The notes under the pieces were generated by a model. It did no database searches and was not told the origin of the DNA. It saw nothing but the letters and a program-made list of their open reading frames with translations. Positions 1 through 8,742 of a stretch of 26,744 nucleotides of DNA are shown in pieces (the first letter of the stretch is position 1; each line of letters begins with the position of its first letter). The position numbers and the translations under genes were made by a program. Source of the DNA: a virus (lineage: Duplodnaviria; Caudoviricetes); the IMG/VR virus record IMGVR_UViG_3300033406_000242, positions 1-26,744 of that record, one strand, 5' to 3'.

Positions 1-141
1 CGGGCAATCATTGATACCGCCTATTCTAAATGTGAACACATTCTGGAAAAGCAGAAGGATAAGCTGATTGCCGTTGCCGAGTATCTCCTGGAGTTTGAGA
101 CCATGGAAGCCGACCAGTTCGAAGAAATGCTGGCGCAGTAA
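1..141 (+). CDS. ftsH: 3' end of ATP-dependent zinc metalloprotease FtsH (partial)
   Basis: Frame 1 reads RAIIDTAYSKCEHILEKQKDKLIAVAEYLLEFETMEADQFEEMLAQ*. This matches the C-terminal helices of peptidase M41 (IID.AY..A..IL..N.DKL..LAE.LLE.ET). Not in the ORF track. Confidence 0.8.
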   Translation, partial: RAIIDTAYSKCEHILEKQKDKLIAVAEYLLEFETMEADQFEEMLAQ

Positions 142-165
142 ATCAATCGGCCTTTGTTCAGACAG

Positions 166-210
166 AAGGCGCTTTGAAGGGATGCAACCGCCCTTTCAAA
201 GCGCCTTTTT
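166..210 (+). terminator. Intrinsic terminator after ftsH
   Basis: AAGGCGCTTTGAAGGG ... CCCTTTCAAAGCGCCTT stem followed by a T-run. Confidence 0.8.
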
Positions 211-297
211 GATTTATCTCCGCAACAGCGGTGAACCCACGACGTATGCCAGGGTGTTCCCATGCCTTGGGAGCACTTCCCGCCTTGATCGACAGGC

Positions 298-333
298 ACA
301 GAAGGCCTCCGGCGTAAGCCGGAGGCCTTCTGT
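298..333 (-). terminator. Terminator hairpin after nifJ
   Basis: Perfect 16-bp stem ACAGAAGGCCTCCGGC-GTAA-GCCGGAGGCCTTCTGT, 3 nt downstream of the PFOR stop codon. Confidence 0.7.
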
Positions 334-336
334 TGA

Positions 337-3300
337 TTATGAGTTATAAAGCTTGGACAGAGCCTGGAGATGGTTATATTTATCGACCGCGTTCTTCTGC
401 GCCGCTTCATAGAGCACCTTGGCGCGATCCGGGAAGGCAAGCTCCAGCGAGCTGTAACGAACTTCGCCGCGGATAAACTCCAAAAAGTCGGCGGTGGGAG
501 CCTTGGAATCCATCTGAAAGGGAGCCTTACCCTGGCTCTCCAGCCGGGGATCAAACCGGAACAGATGCCAGTAACCGGCGTCAACCGCGTGCTTCATCTC
601 CGCCATGGCGGAACCCATACCCTTTTTAATCCCGTGGTTGATACAGGGGGCGTAGGCGATGATCAGGGAGGGGCCGGGATAGGCCTCGGCTTCCGCGATC
701 GCCGTCAGTGTCTGCTGATAATTGGCGCCCATAGCGACCTGAGCAACATAGACATAGCCGTACTGAATGGCGATCTGAGCCAGATCCTTCTTCTTGGTAA
801 GCTTGCCGGCAGCGGCAAACTGAGCCACCGCGCCGGTGGGGGTCGCCTTGGAGGCCTGACCGCCGGTGTTGGAATAGACCTCCGTGTCATAGACGAAAAT
901 GTTGACGTTTTCGCCGGATGCGATCACATGATCCAGTCCGCCGTAGCCGATGTCATAGGCCCAGCCGTCTCCGCCGAAGATCCACATAGATTTCTTTGTC
1001 AGCATATCGCGCAGATCGGAGAGCTGACTGAAGCACAGAGCCTCCGGCGAGCTGCCGCCCTTGAGGGGTTCAATGATGGAAAGCAGCTGCTGTCCGGTGG
1101 CGCGGGACGCCTCCGCGTCGTCCTTGGCCTCCAGCCAGGCTTTGGCTGCCGCGGCGGCGGCGGGCTGTGTTTCCGTCATCTCCGCCACACGCTGAGTAAG
1201 CTCTTCTACCTTCTTACGGCGCTGAATCACCGCGAGATTCATTCCGTAGCCAAATTCCGCGTTATCCTCAAACAGGGAGTTTTCCCAAGCGGGACCACGG
1301 CCGTGCTGATCAACGGTGTAAGGCGTGGCGGGAGCGGAGCCGCCCCAGATGGAGGAGCAACCGGTGGCATTGGCGATATACATATGGTCGCCGTACAGCT
1401 GAGTGATGAGCTTGGCGTAAGGCGTTTCGCCGCAGCCGCCGCAGGCGCCTGAGAACTCAAACAGGGGCTTTTTAAACTGGCTTCCCTTCACGGTGAGGGG
1501 ATTGGCAAGGGAATTGGGCAGCGACTTGGCGGACACGGCGCCCTGGCTGTAGTTGAACACATCCTGCTGTGCCATCTGGGACTCCAGCGGCTTCATCACC
1601 AGCGCCTTATTCTTGGCGGGGCAGATATTGGCGCAGGAGCCGCAGCCGGTACAGTCCAGAGGGGACACCACAATGGTGAAATTAAGCCCCTCCACATCCT
1701 TGCCGTTGAGCTTGGTGGTTTTCAGGCCGGCAGGCGCGTTTTTCACCTCTTCGCCGTCCATCACAATGGGACGAACCACCGCGTGGGGACAGACGTAGGA
1801 GCACTGGTTACACTGAATACAGTTTTCGGGAATCCACTCGGGTACATCCACAGCGATTCCGCGCTTTTCAAAGGCGGCGGAGCCCTGAGGCAGAGTACCG
1901 TCCTTGCCGGGCATCAGGATAGAAACGGGCAGGGAATCTCCCCGCATCGCATTGGCGGGAATCATCACGTTTTTGACAAAGGCGGCCAGATCGGCGCGGT
2001 CAGTGTGAATTCCCTCGTCCTTCTGGCTGCTGTCGGTGGCATTTGCCCAGTCGGCGGGAACGGCGACCTCCACCAGCTTTTCCAGCCCGGCATCCACAGC
2101 CGCCTGGTTCTTCTTGACCACGTCCTCGCCCTTGCGGCCGTAGGTAGTGACGATGGCGTCCTTCATATAGTTCGTGGCGTCCTCAATGGGAATCACCTTG
2201 GCAAGCTTGAAGAAAGCGGCCTGCAAAATCATATTGGTGCGGTTGCCGAGACCCAGTCTGCGGGCCTCTCCGATGGCGTCACAGGTATAGAGCTTAATAT
2301 TGTTTTTCGCGATATACTGCTTCGCGTCGGCGGGGAGACGGCGGGACAGTTCCTCCACATCCCAGTCGCAGTTAATGAGGAACGCGCCGCCGGGCTTGCA
2401 GTCCTGCACCATCTGGTAGCGCTCAATATATCCGGGGGAGTGGCAGGCAACAAAATCAGCCTTGCTCACGTAATAGGTGGAGCGGATTTCCTCCTGCCCG
2501 AAGCGCAGGTGAGAAATGGTCACACCACCGGATTTCTTGGAGTCGTATTGAAAATACGCCTGCACCTTCAAATCGGTATTGTCGCCGATGATTTTAATGG
2601 AGTTCTTGTTGGCGCCCACGGTGCCGTCGGAGCCCAGACCCCAGAACTTACAGGCGATGGTGCTCTTGGCCGCCACGTCAGGCTCCTCGGCAATGGGCAG
2701 GGAGTGGTTTGTCACATCATCTGTGATGTTAATGGTGAAGCTGTTGCTTGGCTTCTCGGACTGGCCATTGCGGAAAGCGGCAAGGATTCCGCCAGGGGTA
2801 GTGTCCTTGGAGCCCAGGCCATAGCGTCCGCCGCAGATATTCAGGCCGCCGCGCCCAGAGGCGGAAAGAGCGGTCACCACGTCCAGATAGAGCGGCTCGC
2901 CAATGGCGCCCGGCTCCTTGCAGCGATCCATGACCACCACGTTCTTTGCCGTGGCGGGAATGGCGGCGGCAAAGCGATTCACAGAGAAGGGCCGGAACAG
3001 GCGCACTTTGACAAGACCAACCTTCTCGCCCTTTCCGTTGAGGTAATCCACCACCTCTTCGGCGGCGTCGCAGAGGCTTCCCATGGCAACCATAACGGTC
3101 TGCGCGTCGGGCGCGCCATAGTAGTTGAAGAGCTGGTAATTAGAGCCGATTTTTTCATTTACCTGCCGCATGCAGTCCTCGACGGCATCGGGCAGATCCA
3201 TATAATGCGTGTTCGCGGCTTCGCGTGTCTGGAAGAAAATATCGGGGTTCTGCGCGGAGCCACGGAGCACGGGATGATCAGGATTCAGCGCGCGGCCGCG

Positions 3301-3909
3301 AAACTCCGTCAGCGCCTCACGGTCCACCATGCCTGCCAGATCGTCGTAATCCCACACTGCGACCTTGCGGATTTCATGCGAGGTGCGGAATCCGTCAAAA
3401 AAGTGAAGAAACGGGGCTCTGGCGTGAATCGAGGCCAGATGCGCCACCGCGCCCAGATCCATTGCCTCCTGAGGATTGTTGGAGGCCAGCAGGGCGTAGC
3501 CCGTGGTGCGGCAGGACATCACGTCGGAGTGATCTCCGAAAATGGACAGCGCGTGAGTCGCCAGGGCGCGGGCGGAGACATGAATGACACCGGGCAGGAA
3601 GCTGCCGGCGATTTTATACATATTAGGAATCATCAGGAGAAGCCCCTGAGACGCAGTGAAGGTGGTGGTCAGCGCACCGGCGGTGAGCGAACCGTGAACC
3701 GCGCCGGCGGCGCCGGCCTCAGACTGCATTTCGGCAACGCGGACGGTTTGACCGAAAATATTCTTGCGCCCCTCAGCCGACCATTTGTCGGCGAGCTCGG
3801 CCATGACCGAAGAGGGGGTAATGGGGAAAATCGCAGCGACCTCGGTAAACGCGTATGCCACATGCGCGGCAGCGGTGTTACCATCCATGGTTTTAAGTTT
3901 GCGTGCCAT
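337..3909 (-). CDS. nifJ: Pyruvate:ferredoxin (flavodoxin) oxidoreductase, 1190 aa
   Basis: MDGNTAAAHVAY N-terminus, FPITPSS, EMQSEAGAAG, two 4Fe-4S motifs (CIQCNQCSYVCP, CTGCGSCANICP) and TPP motif GGDGWAYDIG. ATG 3909 follows RBS GAAGGAGG. Confidence 0.97.
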   Translation of the reverse strand: MARKLKTMDGNTAAAHVAYAFTEVAAIFPITPSSVMAELADKWSAEGRKNIFGQTVRVAEMQSEAGAAGAVHGSLTAGALTTTFTASQGLLLMIPNMYKIAGSFLPGVIHVSARALATHALSIFGDHSDVMSCRTTGYALLASNNPQEAMDLGAVAHLASIHARAPFLHFFDGFRTSHEIRKVAVWDYDDLAGMVDREALTEFRGRALNPDHPVLRGSAQNPDIFFQTREAANTHYMDLPDAVEDCMRQVNEKIGSNYQLFNYYGAPDAQTVMVAMGSLCDAAEEVVDYLNGKGEKVGLVKVRLFRPFSVNRFAAAIPATAKNVVVMDRCKEPGAIGEPLYLDVVTALSASGRGGLNICGGRYGLGSKDTTPGGILAAFRNGQSEKPSNSFTINITDDVTNHSLPIAEEPDVAAKSTIACKFWGLGSDGTVGANKNSIKIIGDNTDLKVQAYFQYDSKKSGGVTISHLRFGQEEIRSTYYVSKADFVACHSPGYIERYQMVQDCKPGGAFLINCDWDVEELSRRLPADAKQYIAKNNIKLYTCDAIGEARRLGLGNRTNMILQAAFFKLAKVIPIEDATNYMKDAIVTTYGRKGEDVVKKNQAAVDAGLEKLVEVAVPADWANATDSSQKDEGIHTDRADLAAFVKNVMIPANAMRGDSLPVSILMPGKDGTLPQGSAAFEKRGIAVDVPEWIPENCIQCNQCSYVCPHAVVRPIVMDGEEVKNAPAGLKTTKLNGKDVEGLNFTIVVSPLDCTGCGSCANICPAKNKALVMKPLESQMAQQDVFNYSQGAVSAKSLPNSLANPLTVKGSQFKKPLFEFSGACGGCGETPYAKLITQLYGDHMYIANATGCSSIWGGSAPATPYTVDQHGRGPAWENSLFEDNAEFGYGMNLAVIQRRKKVEELTQRVAEMTETQPAAAAAAKAWLEAKDDAEASRATGQQLLSIIEPLKGGSSPEALCFSQLSDLRDMLTKKSMWIFGGDGWAYDIGYGGLDHVIASGENVNIFVYDTEVYSNTGGQASKATPTGAVAQFAAAGKLTKKKDLAQIAIQYGYVYVAQVAMGANYQQTLTAIAEAEAYPGPSLIIAYAPCINHGIKKGMGSAMAEMKHAVDAGYWHLFRFDPRLESQGKAPFQMDSKAPTADFLEFIRGEVRYSSLELAFPDRAKVLYEAAQKNAVDKYNHLQALSKLYNS

Positions 3910-3987
3910 GAGTAAAGTTCCTCCTTCATGTTTCAACATATCGTGAATGATACTTACGAATGATGTGCCGATAACCTCTCATTAGAA

Positions 3988-4016
3988 AGTGTATCATTGT
4001 GTAAGAAGTCTGTAAA
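3988..4016 (-). promoter_or_regulatory. Sigma-A-type promoter for nifJ
   Basis: Minus strand TTTACA-17 nt-TACACT with an extended -10 TG. Confidence 0.55.
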
Positions 4017-4158
4017 CTTCGAAATAACAAAAAACATAAAATTCAGCAATGCAGTATGTGAAAGTGCAAATTTGAGGTAAAAAGACAGTAAAAATGACGA
4101 GACACATTGCATTGACAACGCAAATAAGGTATGATAGAGCTCTAAAAGAAGATCGACT

Positions 4159-4176
4159 TTGTCATTTTTTTCACAA
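4159..4176. promoter_or_regulatory. Possible Rex (NADH/NAD+ sensor) operator
   Basis: TTGTCATTTTTTTCACAA has 2 mismatches to TTGTGAAnnnnTTCACAA and lies upstream of a fermentation gene of the kind Rex often controls. Confidence 0.35.
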
Positions 4177-4314
4177 TCTCATGGTACGATTTAAGGAGTT
4201 TTCAACGCTCTTTATCCTGCTTATTGTGAATGCATGTTCTTATAAAGTATACCCAAATTGGTCAGATCGTACGTGACCCGCGGACAAAAATCCATTAAGT
4301 TGAGGTGTTGCGCC

Positions 4315-4527
4315 ATGGGAGAGTTCATGGCACTTTCTCTCTTCTACCTGCTTGGCGCGGCAGTGGGGCTTTTTCTCATCGCCGTTGCGATCCATCTGCA
4401 CAATAAGCTGTCTCATTTGATGATGGCGGTTTTTCTGTTTGGAGGCATTCTGATCGTATCTGCCTGCGGCTTTGTGGCATACCATGCATACATTCTGTGG
4501 CATATTTTTAATCTCGTATGGGACTAG
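4315..4527 (+). CDS. Small two-helix membrane protein, 70 aa
   Basis: RBS GAGGTG before ATG 4315; two hydrophobic segments. Confidence 0.6.
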   Translation: MGEFMALSLFYLLGAAVGLFLIAVAIHLHNKLSHLMMAVFLFGGILIVSACGFVAYHAYILWHIFNLVWD

Positions 4528-4596
4528 GCACGAGCCGCGCCCGCTGTGCATCAATCGAATATTAATATTTGGATATCTAGGGAGGTTATTTCAGTC

Positions 4597-5118
4597 ATGA
4601 TTCTGTCCGGAAGGGAAATACGAAAAAAAATCGGCAAGGAAATCATCATCGAACCGTTTGATGAGAAACGAATCAATCCCAATAGCTACAATCTTTCCCT
4701 GGCGAACGAGCTGTTGGTCTACGAAAATGAGATTCTGGATATGAAACGCCCCAATCCCACACGCAGTATGACCATACCGGAGGAGGGTCTTCTGCTGGAG
4801 CCCAATAAGCTGTATCTGGGACGCACCAATGAATACACCAAAACCGAATCGTATATTCCCATGCTGGAGGGCCGCTCCTCCACCGGACGGCTGGGCCTCT
4901 TTATTCATGTGACGGCAGGTTTTGGCGACATCGGCTTCGCGGGCTACTGGACGCTGGAGATGTTCTGCGTACAGCCCATCATAATCTATCCCAACGCCGA
5001 AATCTGCCAGATCTATTACCATGACATCGACGGGGAATACGATCTGTATTCTAGTGGAAAATATCAGAACAACACCGGAATCCAGCCCAGCCTGATGTAC
5101 CGGGATTTTGAGAAGTAA
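4597..5118 (+). CDS. dcd: dCTP deaminase, 173 aa
   Basis: MILSG start after GGAGG; NPNSYNL, EGRSSTGRLG, AGFGDIGF.G.WTLE and KYQ motifs of the dCTP deaminase family. Confidence 0.92.
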   Translation: MILSGREIRKKIGKEIIIEPFDEKRINPNSYNLSLANELLVYENEILDMKRPNPTRSMTIPEEGLLLEPNKLYLGRTNEYTKTESYIPMLEGRSSTGRLGLFIHVTAGFGDIGFAGYWTLEMFCVQPIIIYPNAEICQIYYHDIDGEYDLYSSGKYQNNTGIQPSLMYRDFEK

Positions 5119-5141
5119 CCGCGAGAGTCGCGGTGCTTTTT
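5118..5141 (+). terminator. Intrinsic terminator after dcd
   Basis: ACCGCGA-GAG-TCGCGGT then GCTTTTT. Confidence 0.65.
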
Positions 5142-5245
5142 CTGATTCCGGATGCGCTCAGGCTTGATGCACGGCGCGGGGACGTTCAGCTTCTAAAGGA
5201 TAGTTTCCCCCATGACAAAAAAGATATCGGAGAGAAGGTTCGGCA

Positions 5246-5341
5246 ATGGTCACCAAAATCCGCTCGTTGGGGTTAAACGGAATATCGGGCTACGAGGTCA
5301 CCGCCGAGTGCGATTTGTCCGGCGGCCTGCCCGCCTTTGAT
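5246..5341 (+). pseudogene. comM: 5' fragment (32 codons) of comM/yifB Mg-chelatase-like AAA+ ATPase, interrupted by the prophage
   Basis: ATG 5246 reads MVTKIRSLGLNGISGYEVTAECDLSGGLPAFD, the conserved YifB/ComM N-terminus (..G..G..V.VE.D...GLP.F.IVGL). The expected IVGL is replaced by AT-rich sequence that reads on to TAG at 5393-5395. Confidence 0.85.
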
Positions 5342-5370
5342 AAAGTAGTTAACAAATGCCGTCAGCAGAA
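5325..5370. other. attL junction (host comM / phage), crossover near TTTGAT-A at ~5340
   Basis: comM homology ends at GAT 5339-5341, GC content drops abruptly, and the 3' end of the serine integrase lies ~100 bp away. Confidence 0.75.
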
Positions 5371-5449
5371 AAGTGGCTATTTCAAAGGGTTTTAGCCTTT
5401 ATACACACATCCTAACTATTATATAGTAGGTAACATATACCGTCAGCAG
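5340..5449 (+). repeat. Degenerate 29-bp direct repeat (5340-5368 / 5421-5449)
   Basis: ATAAAGTAGTTAACAAATGCCGTCAGCAG vs ATATAGTAGGTAACATATACCGTCAGCAG, 25/29 identical. Confidence 0.85.
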
Positions 5450-7362
5450 TAGTCAACTTGCAGTTGCACTACTGCTTTTTCTACGTCTGTAAGCAAATTG
5501 TGCAGTGCACTTACTGACATATCCACAATCTGACTAACATCTATTCCCGCCTTATCCATAGGTATAGCAGTAATTACATTATCTAATCCTAACTGAGCCT
5601 GTGCAGTAGCAGTTATATATAGAGTGGGTATTAATGTAATCTTTGGCGTCTGACCTCCCCTAAGGGTATCACCGTAGACAGTAAGCTTTTCAACAATCTG
5701 CCACAGTTCATCCGGTGTGTAGACTTCTTTTTGGTTTTCTAGTAATACCAAAATATCTGTACAAATTTTAAGAAGTTTTTCAATCTCTGCAATGTACTCA
5801 ATAGGTGAGGTTGTTAACATAGCTAAAGATTGTTTTAGCTTTACAATATCAGTATTTTTGCTCTTTATGATTTCCTTAGTATCATCCGAAATTGCGCCCG
5901 CTAAGGATGCTGCCTCAATATAAACATTAAGGGTATTGCTCTTTTCTTTAATTTCAGCCCTAAGTGCCTGAACCTCATTTGTATCCGTGTTTTTAACCCT
6001 GTTTATGGTTGCAACAATGCGACTATAAATTTTACCAAACAACCGCTTATTATCTGTGCATATAATTTGATTTAGCTTACTATTACACATATTTTTCACA
6101 TAATCATCAATTTGCCAATCAAAAACATTGACAGCATTGCATTCTGAAGTTCCCTGTCTTTTCTTAACTTTACAGACATAGTAACCTTTTGGTCCATCTT
6201 GATATTTGTGTGAGATATTATGAACATATACTTGTCCACAGCGCCCACAATAGATTTTACCTTTATAAGCTGTATGCTCGCCTATAAATCTGCCCATTTT
6301 GTCACCCACTCTTTCACTATGCTTATCTTCGCAAAGCTTAAAAAGTTCAGGGCTAATTATGGGTTGTATGCTCTCTGTGTCAAGCTTCAGATGCTTCTTA
6401 TAATCTTCGTAGGGTATAGCATAGGTGCGCTTTGCAAAAACTGTGCCGTGATTGAACTTTTTTGTATTGATATAGCCAGCGTATTTTTCGTTGTCCAGTT
6501 TATGTTTTATTGTCATTTGAGCAAAATCTTTACCAGACCTAGTTTTGTACCCTAATTTTTTAAGAGTTTTTAATATAACCCTTAACCCAACGCCATCTAA
6601 GTCTCTTTTTGCACAGTTATCACACTTAAAATCACAAGTTGCCATAACTGCACCGTCACGCTCAAAATTATAGCAACCTGCATATAGTCTAAAAATTGTC
6701 TGTATTACAATAGCTTCAGAGGGTATGAATTCCAAGCGATTATTTATGGTTTTGTTTTTACCTCTCGGTATGTACTTATAACCATATAGGTCGTAATTTG
6801 CCCTTAAAATGCCGTTTTTCTGTGAGTTTCGATTACCATCTAGTAATTTACGGCTGAGGTCTTTTGAAAAGAAAGCATCATTATTTATCAAAAAGCTCAG
6901 TATCATCATATCTTGGTCACGCTCAGAAGTTAACTTTAAATCTAGGAAGTCAACATACACCTGCACTTTTTTCAGTTCTTCTAATATGGTTAAGATGTTG
7001 ATATTTCTAGCAAATCTTGAAGTATCCTTACATAAGATGCGTTCATATTTGGGTATTGCACCACTTTCGTGTACCGTAAAAACAAGAATTTTTCGGTCTT
7101 TCTGTAGTCGCTCATCATAAATAATCTTAATCTCATTTTCTACTGTAAGTCCTGCATCCCTAAGCATAATGGCAAAGTTTTTGCGGTCAAAAAGTTTTGT
7201 ACCGGAAATGCCCTCATCCTCATAGAAGCTATATAATTCATAGGCTTCTGAATTTTCCACAAAATCATTTAGTTTTTCCAACTGTGCCTCATAGCTCACA
7301 GACTGCTCTGCACTAAGGGTTGAAACTCTTCTGTAACAGGCGACTTTTATCTTATCACTCAT
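5443..7362 (-). CDS. Large serine recombinase (integrase), 639 aa
   Basis: Catalytic YRRVST, DEGISGT and DTSRFARN; recombinase-domain YGY; Zn-ribbon CGRCG...YYVC...C; coiled coil. ATG 7362 follows GAGGT. Confidence 0.95.
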   Translation of the reverse strand: MSDKIKVACYRRVSTLSAEQSVSYEAQLEKLNDFVENSEAYELYSFYEDEGISGTKLFDRKNFAIMLRDAGLTVENEIKIIYDERLQKDRKILVFTVHESGAIPKYERILCKDTSRFARNINILTILEELKKVQVYVDFLDLKLTSERDQDMMILSFLINNDAFFSKDLSRKLLDGNRNSQKNGILRANYDLYGYKYIPRGKNKTINNRLEFIPSEAIVIQTIFRLYAGCYNFERDGAVMATCDFKCDNCAKRDLDGVGLRVILKTLKKLGYKTRSGKDFAQMTIKHKLDNEKYAGYINTKKFNHGTVFAKRTYAIPYEDYKKHLKLDTESIQPIISPELFKLCEDKHSERVGDKMGRFIGEHTAYKGKIYCGRCGQVYVHNISHKYQDGPKGYYVCKVKKRQGTSECNAVNVFDWQIDDYVKNMCNSKLNQIICTDNKRLFGKIYSRIVATINRVKNTDTNEVQALRAEIKEKSNTLNVYIEAASLAGAISDDTKEIIKSKNTDIVKLKQSLAMLTTSPIEYIAEIEKLLKICTDILVLLENQKEVYTPDELWQIVEKLTVYGDTLRGGQTPKITLIPTLYITATAQAQLGLDNVITAIPMDKAGIDVSQIVDMSVSALHNLLTDVEKAVVQLQVDYC

Positions 7363-7406
7363 ACTTTTTACCTCATTAATTTTCAATAGCGGTCAGTACC
7401 TACATT

Positions 7407-7464
7407 ATAATAATATAAAAAATCCCGTTTGGCAATTGATTTATCAAACTGGTCCCGCTATACT
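7407..7464. promoter_or_regulatory. Back-to-back sigma-A-like promoters (integrase leftward, 7505 ORF rightward)
   Basis: Minus strand: TTGCCA (7430-7435)-17-TATTAT (7407-7412). Plus strand: TTGATT (7436-7441)-17-TATACT (7459-7464). Confidence 0.55.
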
Positions 7465-7504
7465 GAGACAAAATTACCTAGTGTCACTAAAGGAGGTGTA
7501 TAAG

Positions 7505-7798
7505 ATGGTAGATATATCAAGTGAACTGGCACGGGTACAAATAGACCACATTAAAAAAGAGTTGAAAAAGCTACGAGCCTGCTATTATGACGAAGTTGCC
7601 GATTATGAGTATGACAGCTTATGCAGAGCTTTTGGAGAAATGCTGTCACAGGTAACAACCATTGCAGAGGAGTTGACCTTATACACTATGTACTATCAGG
7701 CGGCCGTGAACTATCTTTTCCGTAACCTAGCTGAGGATGAGGGTACAGAGTATGTGTCCGAGGATGAAATAATAGAGGATGGGCAGTTGCCATTCTGA
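7505..7798 (+). CDS. Hypothetical helical acidic protein, 97 aa, ending EDGQLPF
   Basis: Strong RBS AAGGAGGTG before ATG 7505. Confidence 0.8.
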   Translation: MVDISSELARVQIDHIKKELKKLRACYYDEVADYEYDSLCRAFGEMLSQVTTIAEELTLYTMYYQAAVNYLFRNLAEDEGTEYVSEDEIIEDGQLPF

Positions 7799-7883
7799 AG
7801 GTAGGGACTTAGTAGTAAATGTAGTGGACATAAATATGGGCATATAAAATAATAAAAATGAAGAAGAAGAAGGTAAATTTTTT

Positions 7884-8630
7884 ATGGAAAACAACACAAT
7901 AACAATAAAAATGCTAGTAATGACAGCAATATCAAAGGCATTAGCAAAGGAAAATCTGCTACCTAGCGAGTTAAACAGGATGGTTGATGTGGTTCTGTCT
8001 GGAAGTAGCCTTGTATATACTGAGGAGACAAATAGTCTGCAAATTACAAGTGGCACCGACTTAGGCATAGCAGCAGAAATAGCCAACACCCAAATCCCTT
8101 GCCCCAAGTACCTATCTTTCACTTTTGGACTTGCTCCTGTTGTAGACCGCTCATTAGCTACCTTTGGCAGCACTAAACGCTACAAGCGAAGTTGGCAGTT
8201 GGAAAGCCACGAAAGCTTTGAATCACTTGAAAATTCAGTATCTATGCAGGAGGATGATGTTCAGTTTGCGGTACTTATTGATGGTGTGCCAGTTGACCTA
8301 AGCACAAAGGAAACCGAAGCGTGGTCTTGCAGCGCCGAGGTCATATGGGGTTTTGAAGCTTACACAGTTTCGTGTGTCCTACAAGGTATTCCAAGGGTTG
8401 AAAAGTTGCGTTCAAAGTGTCAAGTAGAAGAAAAAGTATTAGAGTTAGTAGCTGCAAAAGCAGAGGAAATCACAGTCCTTTGTGTAACTGATGCTAAACC
8501 TCTGCCTTTTACTATACACGGCGTACTGTATGATGGCTCACAGGGTAAGGCAAATTGTCTTAGTAAGGTAAGAAATTTGTGTTGGGTAGAAAAAAGTCCT
8601 TTTTATGAGGATGAGGATACTGATGATTAA
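7884..8630 (+). CDS. Hypothetical phage protein, 248 aa
   Basis: Long ORF with RBS-like GAAGG and a downstream hairpin; no motif recognised. Confidence 0.75.
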   Translation: MENNTITIKMLVMTAISKALAKENLLPSELNRMVDVVLSGSSLVYTEETNSLQITSGTDLGIAAEIANTQIPCPKYLSFTFGLAPVVDRSLATFGSTKRYKRSWQLESHESFESLENSVSMQEDDVQFAVLIDGVPVDLSTKETEAWSCSAEVIWGFEAYTVSCVLQGIPRVEKLRSKCQVEEKVLELVAAKAEEITVLCVTDAKPLPFTIHGVLYDGSQGKANCLSKVRNLCWVEKSPFYEDEDTDD

Positions 8631-8655
8631 TCAATTTGCTTGATATAGTAGCACA

Positions 8656-8684
8656 GAGGGGCAACCGTTTCACGGTTGCCCCTC
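8656..8684 (+). terminator. Stable hairpin/terminator
   Basis: GAGGGGCAACCGT-TTC-ACGGTTGCCCCTC, 13-bp perfect stem; weak U-tract. Confidence 0.6.
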
Positions 8685-8742
8685 ACTCATTTAACCTGCT
8701 TATCAGCACCCGCACAGCACCCGGTACAAGAAAGTCAAAAAT

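Noticed and set aside
220-297. Small hairpins between the convergent ftsH and nifJ terminators
   Set aside because: No recognisable RNA family or promoter; cannot be supported from one copy.
370-3915. Long + strand ORFs (360 aa, 710 aa) and other ORFs overlapping nifJ
   Set aside because: Antisense or shadow frames of a GC-rich gene; no RBS or recognisable motifs.
4112-4140. TTGACA as a + strand promoter
   Set aside because: The best -10 (TATGAT) is only 12 nt away and the hexamer at 17 nt is poor.
8641-8651. TGATATAGTAG resembling the att core TGATAAAGTAG
   Set aside because: Only 11 AT-rich bases with no flanking arm similarity; could be chance.
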